DNA from: a virus
DNA length: 64,000 bases
Strand: one strand, 5' to 3'
Virus record (IMG/VR): IMGVR_UViG_3300025437_000011
Span: 32,001-96,000 of that record
This document shows, piece after piece, positions 9,386-18,558 of this stretch. How positions within the stretch are numbered: position 1 is the first letter of the stretch; each line of letters begins with the position of its first letter. The notes beneath the pieces were generated by a model that saw nothing but the letters and a program-made list of their open reading frames with translations, was not told where the DNA came from and searched no databases. The translations under genes and the position numbers were made by a program.

Positions 9386-11317
9386 TTAATTATTGAGATT
9401 AAGATCTAATTTATCAACTCCGTTATGCATATAGTCAAGCATCCTTTGGGTTCCGAAGTATGGATGATACGCGACATCGCATATTCCCTTCACTGATCCG
9501 GCCCCTTCTAATGCAATTACGTTATCCATTGCTGGATGATAAGGAATCCATTTATCTATGTAGGGATTTCCGTCTATTACGTCTTGATACTGTGGCTTAG
9601 TCGCAATATATATTTTATGGGTTTCTTTTGGATATCTGTTTCTTAGTGATTCAAAAATTGATGTAATTAAAAATACATCGCCTAGACTTTCGGGCTGTAC
9701 TAATAAAACCCTCTTGAATCCTTCATCTTTTTCAAAAAGCTGGTCAATAGAAGTTATTTCATTTTTTTTCTTTATATCTTCTTGCGCTACATGTCTAAAA
9801 TAATTTTCAATATCTATTTTTGGACGGTTTTCGGAAAGTTGCTTTAACCAATGTTGAACACCTTCGTCTTCATCTATAACTTCCCTATCTAGAATAAGTT
9901 TATATAAAGATTTTACCCACAGTTTGGAATCTTCATTGTTTGGTACTTGAGCGGAAGGGTTTGGATTACTTTGTGACGCTTTAAACTCGAAAACAGAATC
10001 TTCCAGAATAGAAAGTGAGTCAATAAACTCTTCAATTTTTTTTCCATTATTTTGAATGGAATAATTGTCAAGTGCCCACTGCCTAGATAGGCGTTCTAGG
10101 GTAGCTTGTTTTTCTAATGGCATCTCATATACTTTTTTGAATACATTGCACATTGATGAGGCTGATGGTTGCGATTTTAAGAATTGTGTTCCATGTTCTG
10201 TATAAAAGGCAAATTTAAATTCCATGCTACCCTGATTTAATTCAATAATATCCTCACCAAAAGAATAAGGACAAGTTGCTACTATTTTTTCTGTTAGTGC
10301 GGCTTCTACACAAGGTAATTCACAAGCTCCAGATGTTGCTGGATGAGAATAAAGGCTGAATATATTATAAATTTCATTTAATTGTGAGTCTGTAACTCCC
10401 AATCCAACATTTGTGGTTATAAGTGTTTTTCTTTTTGTTAGTGGATTTTCAATATCTTGACCAGTAAATGGTGCAATAAAATACTCTTTTGTTTCTTTAC
10501 AGACATAAGTACAAAGAACTTCTTTCTTGTCTACTCCATATTGTTCGCATAGTCGTGAAATATCCCATCCTTCTCCGTAGTGAGTATGAGTATATAGGTA
10601 AGTATTTTTAATCTGAGGATTTTGTCTCTTGAATTGCGCGTAGGCTTCAATTTGAGTATTAATAAGTTTTCTTAATTGATTTCTAAAAACAAATCCAATA
10701 ATGAAACTATCTTGCGGTAAGTTATGTTTTTGTAAAATTTCATTAATTTTTTCCTGTGGTAGTTTATAAAAACTATCTGTATTAACTAGTGGATACTGAT
10801 TTTTAACATGCGTATGTCCAAGCTTGTGTAGTTCTTTTCTTGCGAAATCGCTCCAAGTCCAATAGTGATTTATTTTCTTTGCCTTCTCAATTGTATCGGG
10901 AAGTAGGGGTAGAGAATCAAATGTATTCCAGCATACAGTCGGTATAGACTTAAAGAAATTTTTTTCAGTTACAAACTGGGAGCCCCACGTATCATTAACC
11001 GAAAATACCACATCTGGTTTAAATTCTTTGACTAAATTTTCAATTTCCATCTCTCCATAGGCAGCAACCCTACCCAAGTTTGGATCTTGATTTATTTGGG
11101 CAATTTTACTGGGATCTTCAGGAAGAACTCCTACTGTTTTCCAAGGAAATCTTTGTGTATGTTGACCGTTTTTTTGCAATCCTTGCGCGGCATTGCAGAT
11201 TTCGTATTTACCAGTTTGATACAAATATTTTAATAATAACTTTGTATTTTTGCCAAAACCAGTAAAGGCTCCAGCGTAATCACTGAGGAATAAAATTCTT
11301 TTCTTTCTTTCTGTCAT
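9386..11317 (-). CDS. GT4-like glycosyltransferase fused to a DUF4214-like helical domain and a GT9 N-terminal domain
   Basis: ILFLSDY..AFTGFG, FRNQLRK and GACELPCVEAA (GT-B); LYKLILDREV..EGVQHWL; RVLLVQPESLGDVFLIT...NPYID. Confidence 0.75.
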   Translation of the reverse strand: MTERKKRILFLSDYAGAFTGFGKNTKLLLKYLYQTGKYEICNAAQGLQKNGQHTQRFPWKTVGVLPEDPSKIAQINQDPNLGRVAAYGEMEIENLVKEFKPDVVFSVNDTWGSQFVTEKNFFKSIPTVCWNTFDSLPLLPDTIEKAKKINHYWTWSDFARKELHKLGHTHVKNQYPLVNTDSFYKLPQEKINEILQKHNLPQDSFIIGFVFRNQLRKLINTQIEAYAQFKRQNPQIKNTYLYTHTHYGEGWDISRLCEQYGVDKKEVLCTYVCKETKEYFIAPFTGQDIENPLTKRKTLITTNVGLGVTDSQLNEIYNIFSLYSHPATSGACELPCVEAALTEKIVATCPYSFGEDIIELNQGSMEFKFAFYTEHGTQFLKSQPSASSMCNVFKKVYEMPLEKQATLERLSRQWALDNYSIQNNGKKIEEFIDSLSILEDSVFEFKASQSNPNPSAQVPNNEDSKLWVKSLYKLILDREVIDEDEGVQHWLKQLSENRPKIDIENYFRHVAQEDIKKKNEITSIDQLFEKDEGFKRVLLVQPESLGDVFLITSIFESLRNRYPKETHKIYIATKPQYQDVIDGNPYIDKWIPYHPAMDNVIALEGAGSVKGICDVAYHPYFGTQRMLDYMHNGVDKLDLNLNN

Positions 11318-11319
11318 GC

Positions 11320-11763
11320 TTAGGAAAATAGACTGTTTAGTGATGCTTTTAAATATTCTCTCAATTTGATTGATTCTACAATATTAAAAGCAATTCCTAC
11401 TCCGTCAATTTTTAAAACATGACCAATAAACGCGGAGTCCTTAATGTATGGCTCAAAAAAAATTGGAGTAGTTTTATCGCCATTTTTGTGAACTGTTGAA
11501 AACTTTTTTTCGCTATTGGATTCTAGTACATATAGAATATTACAAAGCTCAAGATCATTGAGTTTAATTTTCTTATGTTTTTCTGGATTATTAACATTCT
11601 CCTTAAAAGATCCGGTCTTAGAAGAATCATCCCATGAGTGTTGTTTTAAAAGGTTAATGTAAAATCCTGCTTTTTTAGGGTCTTCTATAGAAGAATTGCA
11701 CTCAAAAGTAGCGCAAGTGCCATTTCCAGTTTTCTGTGGCTTGTAAAATTCAATTCTTTTCAT
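11320..11763 (-). CDS. Hypothetical protein, possible Whirly/PC4-like ssDNA-binding fold
   Basis: Two tandem beta-beta-beta-alpha units (IKLNDLEL; IAFNIVESIKL). Confidence 0.35.
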   Translation of the reverse strand: MKRIEFYKPQKTGNGTCATFECNSSIEDPKKAGFYINLLKQHSWDDSSKTGSFKENVNNPEKHKKIKLNDLELCNILYVLESNSEKKFSTVHKNGDKTTPIFFEPYIKDSAFIGHVLKIDGVGIAFNIVESIKLREYLKASLNSLFS

Positions 11764-11781
11764 CCTACATAATCATTTATT

Positions 11782-12177
11782 TTATTGAAGTTTTAAAAAA
11801 AACTTTAGTAAAACACTGACTAATCTAGAAAAAAAGAAAATTACCCCTAAATAAAAAATGTTCCCACAGACTAAAGAAGAAAAAACAGACAGCCATACAC
11901 CGAAGCAAATCGGACAAGATAGGAGCTTTAATAAGAAACTTAAAATTTTATTTTGGGTAAAGTAATATTTTGTAGATACATACTCTATATAGCCAAACTC
12001 AAGATCTTGCTCGCCCCTATTTAAGTACTCCTCTATCAGTAGAAAAGTATATACTGACTTAGGTAGTAATGCAGAAAAAAGTTTTAAATATACTGGAAAG
12101 AAATCAGTATAGTACCATAGATGGGAAACTAGTCCCACAAGGAAAATTTGTTGAGTTATTAATATTAATATTGACAT
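11782..12177 (-). CDS. Membrane protein, DUF1360-like
   Basis: Hydrophobic segments and LLSCPICFGVW motif. Confidence 0.5.
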   Translation of the reverse strand: MSILILITQQIFLVGLVSHLWYYTDFFPVYLKLFSALLPKSVYTFLLIEEYLNRGEQDLEFGYIEYVSTKYYFTQNKILSFLLKLLSCPICFGVWLSVFSSLVCGNIFYLGVIFFFSRLVSVLLKFFLKLQ

Positions 12178-12352
12178 GCTCTTAAAAAACCGTTCATAAT
12201 TAGGGAACCGAAAACAGCCATTGCAAACTTCGCTTCGCTCGTTTACAATATTTACTCGTAAACTCGTAAATGTTTAATAATTATTATTTAATTTATTGAA
12301 CAAATCAAAATTTAATTTGACTAACTAATAAAGTTGTTTCACATTTGTATAA

Positions 12353-12955
12353 ATGACACTAGATCTAGAAAATATTAAAGATGAAAAGTTAGTAGAGAAT
12401 GTAAAAACAAAATCCTGCAATACTAGTCTAACAGAACTGATCAGTAGACACAGTGGAATCTGTTTTAGTATGGGAAAAAAGTTTTCTCAATACGGATCAT
12501 TCAAGCTAAATGATTTAAACGACAATAAAGATTGGATTATATATTCCGCAGCACTATCGTTTGATTCTTCCAAGGGTGCAAAATTTTCTACTTGGCTAGG
12601 TAATCAGGTAAAGTATTACTGTTTGAATTTAAAAAACAAATCGTCGAAGTATGTTGAAACCGAAGAGTCAACTATTGAATTTTTAATCAACCAGTATTAT
12701 AATGAAAATAAATCAACAGACTTGAAGGCGCAAATATTGTATACAGTACAAGATATCCTAGATCAAATTAAAGATAAGAATATAAAAAACGCAATTCATT
12801 ATAGATACTTTTCGAACCAAGACCGAATTTTAAATTATTCCGAAATAGGCGAGATACTCAACGTGACACCACAAACCGTCTTGAACTGGCATAATAAATT
12901 TATAGAACTTGCGAAAAAAAAGTTGACTTCCCTTAACAATAGCGATATAATCTAA
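12353..12955 (+). CDS. RNA polymerase sigma factor (sigma70 family, regions 2 and 4)
   Basis: AALSFDSSKGAKFSTW (region 2.3) and LNYSEIGEILNVTPQTV (region 4 HTH). Confidence 0.85.
   Translation: MTLDLENIKDEKLVENVKTKSCNTSLTELISRHSGICFSMGKKFSQYGSFKLNDLNDNKDWIIYSAALSFDSSKGAKFSTWLGNQVKYYCLNLKNKSSKYVETEESTIEFLINQYYNENKSTDLKAQILYTVQDILDQIKDKNIKNAIHYRYFSNQDRILNYSEIGEILNVTPQTVLNWHNKFIELAKKKLTSLNNSDII
12923..12951 (+). promoter_or_regulatory. sigma70-like promoter
   Basis: TTGACT-17-TATAAT, 9 nt before ATG 12961. Confidence 0.8.
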
Positions 12956-12960
12956 AACGT

Positions 12961-13236
12961 ATGGAAAACACAAACACAAATGGCGATAAGCCAAAGCTAG
13001 AAGAGGCCGGGGCACTATGGAAGCGCACCAGCAAGGCAGGGAATACGTATCTTAACGGTTCCTTTAAGACAAAAACAGGAGAAGAGGTTAAGGTTCTGAT
13101 TTTTAGTAACTCCTCAAAGCCAGAGGGTTCAAATCAGCCAGACTACAGGGTTTATTTTGATAAGCCACTTGAGGCATCGGCTCAAAAGCCAGCCGCCAAG
13201 AAGGCACCCACAAAGAACGACGATATCCCATTTTAA
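12961..13236 (+). CDS. Small ssDNA-binding protein, DUF736-like, with SSB-type DDIPF tail
   Basis: GALWKRTSKAGNTYLNG...NQPDYRVY; C-terminus NDDIPF. Confidence 0.75.
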   Translation: MENTNTNGDKPKLEEAGALWKRTSKAGNTYLNGSFKTKTGEEVKVLIFSNSSKPEGSNQPDYRVYFDKPLEASAQKPAAKKAPTKNDDIPF

Positions 13237-13239
13237 GCC

Positions 13240-14328
13240 GTGAGTGTAGCCCTACATCTACCGCTTAACTCAACGTCATTAGGGCAAGTATCCTTTTCTA
13301 TCCTGCGAGAAATTTACTCTCGCGGGATAGAGACGGTTCTTTTTCCGATTGGTGATGTAGACGCGTCCACGCAAAAACAAGATCCAGATTTTTTTTCTTG
13401 GATTCATAATTCGATTCTATCAGCACAAAAAACCCACAATAGAAAAAATCCTATATTTAAACTTTGGCATCTTGCGGGAAGTCTTGAGAGTTTTTCCGAA
13501 AAACAAGTTCTTTTAAGTTTTTATGAACTAGATTCACCTACACCTCTTGAACTTAATATCGTAAAGAATAATGCAAAAGTTTTATTATCAAGTAATTATG
13601 CAGTTAATGTATTTAATAACTTTGGTTGCAATAATGTAGAATTTGTTCCACTAGCATTTGACGCTACTCATTTTAATGTAGAAAATCAACAAAAAAACCG
13701 AACTGATATTCATTTTGGACTTTGCGGAAAGTTGGAACCACAAAGAAAAAGGCACTTAAAGGCACTGCAGGCTTGGGTTAAGAAGTACGGTAATAAATCA
13801 GGTTACTTTCTCAACTGTGCTATCTTTAATAGATTTTTAGATCCAAACGTTCAATCAAATATCATTAATGAATCCCTACAAGGCCAAAGATATTGGAACT
13901 TAAATTTCTTACCTTTCATGGAAAGTAATGAAATTTATAATAAATTTATTAATAATAATGACATTATTCTTGCGACTAGCGGCGGTGAGGGGTGGGGACT
14001 TCCAGAATTTCAAAGCGTAGCAATCGGAAAGCATTGCGTCGGAATCAACGCGCATGCCTATAAAGATTGGATGAATGAACAAAATTCCGTCTTAGTAAAC
14101 CCTAACGGAAAAATTCCAGTATATGATGGCCTCTTCTTCCAACAGGGGGGCGAAATTAATCAGGGAAATATTTTTGATTGGGACGAAAATGATTTCATTA
14201 AGGGCATGGAAGAGGCAGAAGCTAGATTCAGAACCAATCCGGTAAATACAGCTGGATTAGAACTACAAGAAAAGTTTACCTATAAAAAAATGGTAGATTC
14301 CATCCTTAACACCCTTAACACTTTATGA
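13240..14328 (+). CDS. GT4-like glycosyltransferase
   Basis: CGKLEPQRKRH and SGGEGWGLPEFQSVAIG (GT-B EX7E-type motif). Confidence 0.8.
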   Translation: MSVALHLPLNSTSLGQVSFSILREIYSRGIETVLFPIGDVDASTQKQDPDFFSWIHNSILSAQKTHNRKNPIFKLWHLAGSLESFSEKQVLLSFYELDSPTPLELNIVKNNAKVLLSSNYAVNVFNNFGCNNVEFVPLAFDATHFNVENQQKNRTDIHFGLCGKLEPQRKRHLKALQAWVKKYGNKSGYFLNCAIFNRFLDPNVQSNIINESLQGQRYWNLNFLPFMESNEIYNKFINNNDIILATSGGEGWGLPEFQSVAIGKHCVGINAHAYKDWMNEQNSVLVNPNGKIPVYDGLFFQQGGEINQGNIFDWDENDFIKGMEEAEARFRTNPVNTAGLELQEKFTYKKMVDSILNTLNTL

Positions 14329-14492
14329 ATCAAAATGAGCTTGAATTAATTAATAACGCGAGAGCATCTATTGAAAAAGTAATCTTTAAAGATGGAACCG
14401 AATACTTCAGAATGCCAAATGGTAATCTCGTGCGATCCACTCCAAGACCCCATAAAATTAGAAAAAAAAATAAATTAATTAATAAAAAATAA
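14325..14492 (+). CDS. Small basic hypothetical protein (55 aa, absent from ORF track)
   Basis: MNQNELELINNARASIEKVIFKDGTEYFRMPNGNLVRSTPRPHKIRKKNKLINKK; ATGA and TAATG overlaps with both neighbours. Confidence 0.65.
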   Translation: MNQNELELINNARASIEKVIFKDGTEYFRMPNGNLVRSTPRPHKIRKKNKLINKK

Positions 14493-14920
14493 TGCCGTTT
14501 TATACTTTTCAACATCCCAAAACTGAAGAAATAATCGACATCTTCTTTAAGATGAACGATGAAAAAAAGTATATTGACGAAAAGGGCATAGCGTGGAACA
14601 GGGTATTTTATCCTCCAACTTTTGCATTTGATACCATGATTGACCCCCATGATGAAAAAGCATTTATAAAAAAAACCGAAAAGGGTGGCACGGTAGGTGA
14701 CCTTTTTGATATCTCTAAAGAGATGAGCGAAAGGCGTGGCGGCGACAAAAATGATGAAATCAAAGTAAAGTATACCGAAAAGAAAAATAAAGAACTCGAC
14801 GCTCAAGCACTAACAAACTTAAGAGAAGAAAGAAAGAAGCAGTTTGCAGAGTTTAAAAAATTAGACAAATCAAGAGTAAAACCAACAAAAAAGAATGTTG
14901 GAACTAAAAAAAACAAGTAG
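14492..14920 (+). CDS. FmdB-like protein (Cys-less zinc-ribbon variant)
   Basis: MPFYTFQHP start typical of FmdB-like phage proteins; basic tail. Confidence 0.5.
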   Translation: MPFYTFQHPKTEEIIDIFFKMNDEKKYIDEKGIAWNRVFYPPTFAFDTMIDPHDEKAFIKKTEKGGTVGDLFDISKEMSERRGGDKNDEIKVKYTEKKNKELDAQALTNLREERKKQFAEFKKLDKSRVKPTKKNVGTKKNK

Positions 14921-15003
14921 GCCCCCAAAAATTTTCTTTTCCTATTTTTTAGTTTTCTTTGACCACAAGATGTTGTAATATACTAACACAACATTCTTAT
15001 ATT

Positions 15004-15975
15004 ATGATCTTTGAAGAACAAATCTCTCGTAAACCAAACTACTACCCTTGGACGGAAGAATTCATTGAGTCAATGCATAATGGATTCTGGACAGACAAAG
15101 AATTCTCCTTTAAATCGGACATCCAACAGTTTAAAGTCAACCTTAATGACCAAGAAAGAGAAATTATCGTAAGAACCCTATCAGCCATTGGACAGATAGA
15201 AGTAGCCGTAAAGACATTTTGGGCCAAACTTGGAGAAAATCTCCCCCATCCAGCCCTACAAGATCTAGGGTATGTTATGGCAAATACAGAAGTAATCCAT
15301 AATAATGCATATGAGAGACTTCTTTCTGTTTTAGATCTAGAGGATATTTTTGAGGAAAACCTCAAACTTGAGTGGATTCAGGGTAGAGTAAATTATCTAA
15401 GAAAGTATACACACCGTTTTTATAAAGACTCAAAAAAGCAATATCTTTACGCACTGATTCTTTTTACTCTTTTTGTAGAGAATGTTTCCCTATTCTCTCA
15501 ATTTTATGTTATTAATTGGTTTGCGCGTTTTAAGAACGTACTCAAGGATACAGATCAACAAGTTAAATATACAAGAAACGAAGAAAATATTCATGCGCTT
15601 GTTGGGATTAAAATTATCAATACAATCCGAAAAGAATATCCTGAGCTATTTGACGACGAGCTAGAAGAAAAAATTCTTTCCGAAGCCAAAGAAGCACTAA
15701 AGTCTGAATCTAAAATTGTTGACTGGATGATTAATGGGATTCAAGAAGAGGGACTAAACGCGCCGCTATTAAAAGAATTTATTAAAAATCGCATTAATGA
15801 TTCTCTAAAACAGATTGGCTTCAAGAAAGCATTTGATGTAGATAAGACTCTATTAAAAAAGACCTTATGGTTTGATGAAGAATTACTAGGAAACAATATG
15901 ACGGATTTCTTTCATTCTAGGCCCGTAGAATATTCAAAGAAAAGTCAATCATTTGATGAATCAGACTTGTTTTAA
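15004..15975 (+). CDS. nrdB: Ribonucleotide reductase class I beta subunit
   Basis: EVIHNNAY (radical Tyr), VENVSLFSQF, NEENIH, DFF near the C-terminus. Confidence 0.95.
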   Translation: MIFEEQISRKPNYYPWTEEFIESMHNGFWTDKEFSFKSDIQQFKVNLNDQEREIIVRTLSAIGQIEVAVKTFWAKLGENLPHPALQDLGYVMANTEVIHNNAYERLLSVLDLEDIFEENLKLEWIQGRVNYLRKYTHRFYKDSKKQYLYALILFTLFVENVSLFSQFYVINWFARFKNVLKDTDQQVKYTRNEENIHALVGIKIINTIRKEYPELFDDELEEKILSEAKEALKSESKIVDWMINGIQEEGLNAPLLKEFIKNRINDSLKQIGFKKAFDVDKTLLKKTLWFDEELLGNNMTDFFHSRPVEYSKKSQSFDESDLF

Positions 15976-16001
15976 GACTCAGTCTATAGTATAATACTTT
16001 C

Positions 16002-17663
16002 ATGAGTGGAGAAGTAAATACAGATATCTATTGGTTGAATAAAGATTCCAGAAAGTTTCTACAAAGAGGTTATCTTCTAGAGGATGAATCTCCGGAACAA
16101 AGAATCCGCGATATTGCAGAAGCCGCAGAAAAAATTTTAAAGCAACACGAGTTTGCCAATAAGTTTGAAAACTACATGCATAGAGGTTTTTATTCTTTGG
16201 CGTCCCCTATTTGGGCGAACTTTGGCAGAAAGCGCGGACTACCCATTTCCTGTTTTGGCTCCCATATTCCAGACACAATGGAAGGAATCCTAGAAAAAGT
16301 TTCAGAAGTTGGTATGATGACTAAGGGTGGCGGCGGAACTTCAGCATTTTTTGGTGAATTGCGTGGTCGTGGAGAGTCGATTTCTTCTGGCGGCGAATCA
16401 ACTGGATCAGTACACTTTATGGAGTTATTTGATAAGTTGATGAATGTAGTTTCGCAAGGAAATGTTCGTCGTGGTAGTTTCGCTTCTTATCTTCCTATTG
16501 ACCATAAAGACATAGAAGAGTTCTTAAAAATTCGCAGCGAGGGTAATAGTATTCAAGATCTCTCAATTGGAGTTACTATTTCCGATGAATGGATGAAAGA
16601 TATGATTGATGGAGATAAAGAAAAGCGTAGAATTTGGGGGTTAGTTATCAAGAAACGCTTTGAAAGCGGTTATCCCTATATTTTCTTTACTGACAATGTA
16701 AATAATCAGGCACCACAAGTATATAAAGATAAGGAATTGAAAATCAATCATTCAAACTTATGTACTGAAATTATGCTTCCAAATCAGGCAGACGAATCAT
16801 TTGTTTGTGACCTTTCCTCAATGAATCTTGATCGCTGGGAAGAATGGAAAGATACTGATGCAGTAGAGACTATGATTTGGTTTCTTGATGCTGTGATGAC
16901 TGAATTTATCAATAAAACAGAAGGCATGCAATTTATGGATGCACCTAGAAAATTTGCAATACGTCATCGCGCCCTTGGACTTGGAGTTTTGGGCTGGCAC
17001 TCACTATTGCAGTCTAAAATGATTCCCTTTGAGTCAATGGAGGCAAAGTTTCTTAATAATACTATTTGGAAAACAATTAGAAACAAGGCTGATTTTGCAA
17101 CACAAAAACTTGCAGAAGTTTATGGCGAACCAGAAGTTTTAAAGGGATATGAAAGAAGAAACACAACAACATTAGCTATCGCCCCAACTACCTCTTCATC
17201 ATTTATCCTTGGTCAAGTATCTCCAAGTATTGAGCCTCTAGAAAGTAATTATTTTGTTAAAGATTTAGCAAAAGGCAAGTTCACACATAAAAACCCTTAT
17301 TTAAAAAAACTTTTAAAAGAAAAAGGAAAGAACGATGATGATACATGGATGGATATTTTAAAGCACGGCGGATCTGTTCAACATTTAGACTTCTTAACAC
17401 AAGAAGAGAAGGATGTGTTTAAAACATTTGCAGAAACATCACAACGCGAAATAGTAATTCAAGCGGCCGGGCGCCAGAAATATATTGATCAGGGGCAAAG
17501 CTTAAATCTTATGATTCCAGCCGGAACTCCACCAAAAGCAGTCAACGAGCTTAATATTTTTGCTTGGGAACAGGGCATTAAAAGCCTATACTATCAACGT
17601 AGCTCTAACCCAGCTAAAGATTTGGCCCGTTCGATTATGACCTGCAAATCTTGCGAAGCTTAA
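16002..17663 (+). CDS. nrdA: Ribonucleotide reductase class I alpha subunit (short, no ATP cone)
   Basis: ISCF, SNLCTEI, VCDLSS, IAPTTSSS, KSLYYQR and C-terminal CKSCEA. Confidence 0.95.
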   Translation: MSGEVNTDIYWLNKDSRKFLQRGYLLEDESPEQRIRDIAEAAEKILKQHEFANKFENYMHRGFYSLASPIWANFGRKRGLPISCFGSHIPDTMEGILEKVSEVGMMTKGGGGTSAFFGELRGRGESISSGGESTGSVHFMELFDKLMNVVSQGNVRRGSFASYLPIDHKDIEEFLKIRSEGNSIQDLSIGVTISDEWMKDMIDGDKEKRRIWGLVIKKRFESGYPYIFFTDNVNNQAPQVYKDKELKINHSNLCTEIMLPNQADESFVCDLSSMNLDRWEEWKDTDAVETMIWFLDAVMTEFINKTEGMQFMDAPRKFAIRHRALGLGVLGWHSLLQSKMIPFESMEAKFLNNTIWKTIRNKADFATQKLAEVYGEPEVLKGYERRNTTTLAIAPTTSSSFILGQVSPSIEPLESNYFVKDLAKGKFTHKNPYLKKLLKEKGKNDDDTWMDILKHGGSVQHLDFLTQEEKDVFKTFAETSQREIVIQAAGRQKYIDQGQSLNLMIPAGTPPKAVNELNIFAWEQGIKSLYYQRSSNPAKDLARSIMTCKSCEA

Positions 17664-18037
17664 TGGAATTAAATAATCAGAACTACGAAGAATTGGACTC
17701 TACAATAGAGGACAAATTAATGGGAAATTTGCAGTGGTCTATGTTATTTTTTCTATTTAATAGAATATCCAAGGGAACCAAAGACCCAAATCTTTCAAAA
17801 GAGTTTTTTAAGGGATGGAAGAGGTTTACAGCCGCAAACCTAATAAAAAAAGACCTACAAACCATTAACGCAGTGTTAAATTCTCCTAAAAATATGTTTC
17901 ACTCCTTATTGAGAAATAGTAATGAAACTCTAGAAAGTACAGAAATATATCAAGAAAAATATAACAGAATAATAAAAAATATAGAAAATTTCTATTTTAA
18001 TAGTATTAATTCAGAAAATGACGAGGATGATAGTTAA
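17663..18037 (+). CDS. Hypothetical protein
   Basis: TAATG coupling to nrdA. Confidence 0.55.
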   Translation: MELNNQNYEELDSTIEDKLMGNLQWSMLFFLFNRISKGTKDPNLSKEFFKGWKRFTAANLIKKDLQTINAVLNSPKNMFHSLLRNSNETLESTEIYQEKYNRIIKNIENFYFNSINSENDEDDS

Positions 18038-18043
18038 GTGTAA
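18038..18043 (+). promoter_or_regulatory. GTGTAA putative phage late-promoter motif
   Basis: 9 nt before ATG 18053; one of about 13 similarly placed copies. Confidence 0.6.
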
Positions 18044-18052
18044 TATATTATT

Positions 18053-18517
18053 ATGGAAATAGTAAAGTCATCAAAACTCAGCATTAACGAATCGGCAATT
18101 GTTGATAGTGCAATCAAGGCAGTTTTTCAAGCACAAAATCAACAGGTTGACTCCTATTTCCCAAATGTATCATATTTTATTTCCAATGATCCGAGTGAAC
18201 ATCCAAATTTAATAGTAAACATTAATGCATTAGAGGGTTCGCCGCTAAGTAAAATGAAAGAACTTAATAGAATTTTTGCCCATATCTTTCCCGGTTCATT
18301 TATAGAGCCAAGATATATTCTCGCCGCATATGAGAATCCAGCCATAGAACCTATTATTCAACACGCTCCCGTGGAGCCCGTGGTGGAAAATTCAATCACT
18401 GAAAAAGTTGAAGAACTAAAAAAAGAAGTTACACAATTAGAGACAGAGGTTGCCGATCCCGCTATTAAGATCAATACAGACTTAAATATTGAATCAGAAG
18501 GTTCTCATATTAATTAA
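18053..18517 (+). CDS. Hypothetical protein
   Basis: 154 aa ORF with upstream GTGTAA motif. Confidence 0.6.
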   Translation: MEIVKSSKLSINESAIVDSAIKAVFQAQNQQVDSYFPNVSYFISNDPSEHPNLIVNINALEGSPLSKMKELNRIFAHIFPGSFIEPRYILAAYENPAIEPIIQHAPVEPVVENSITEKVEELKKEVTQLETEVADPAIKINTDLNIESEGSHIN

Positions 18518-18558
18518 TTATTTTAAATATACGGTCTCCGGTATATAATACTAGAGAC

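Noticed and set aside
14330-14806. 158-aa minus-strand ORF
   Set aside because: Antisense shadow of two coupled plus-strand genes; its composition mirrors their Lys-rich codons.
16002-17663. Truncated or pseudogenised nrdA
   Set aside because: All catalytic motifs and the C-terminal CxxC are present; the short length reflects absence of an ATP cone.
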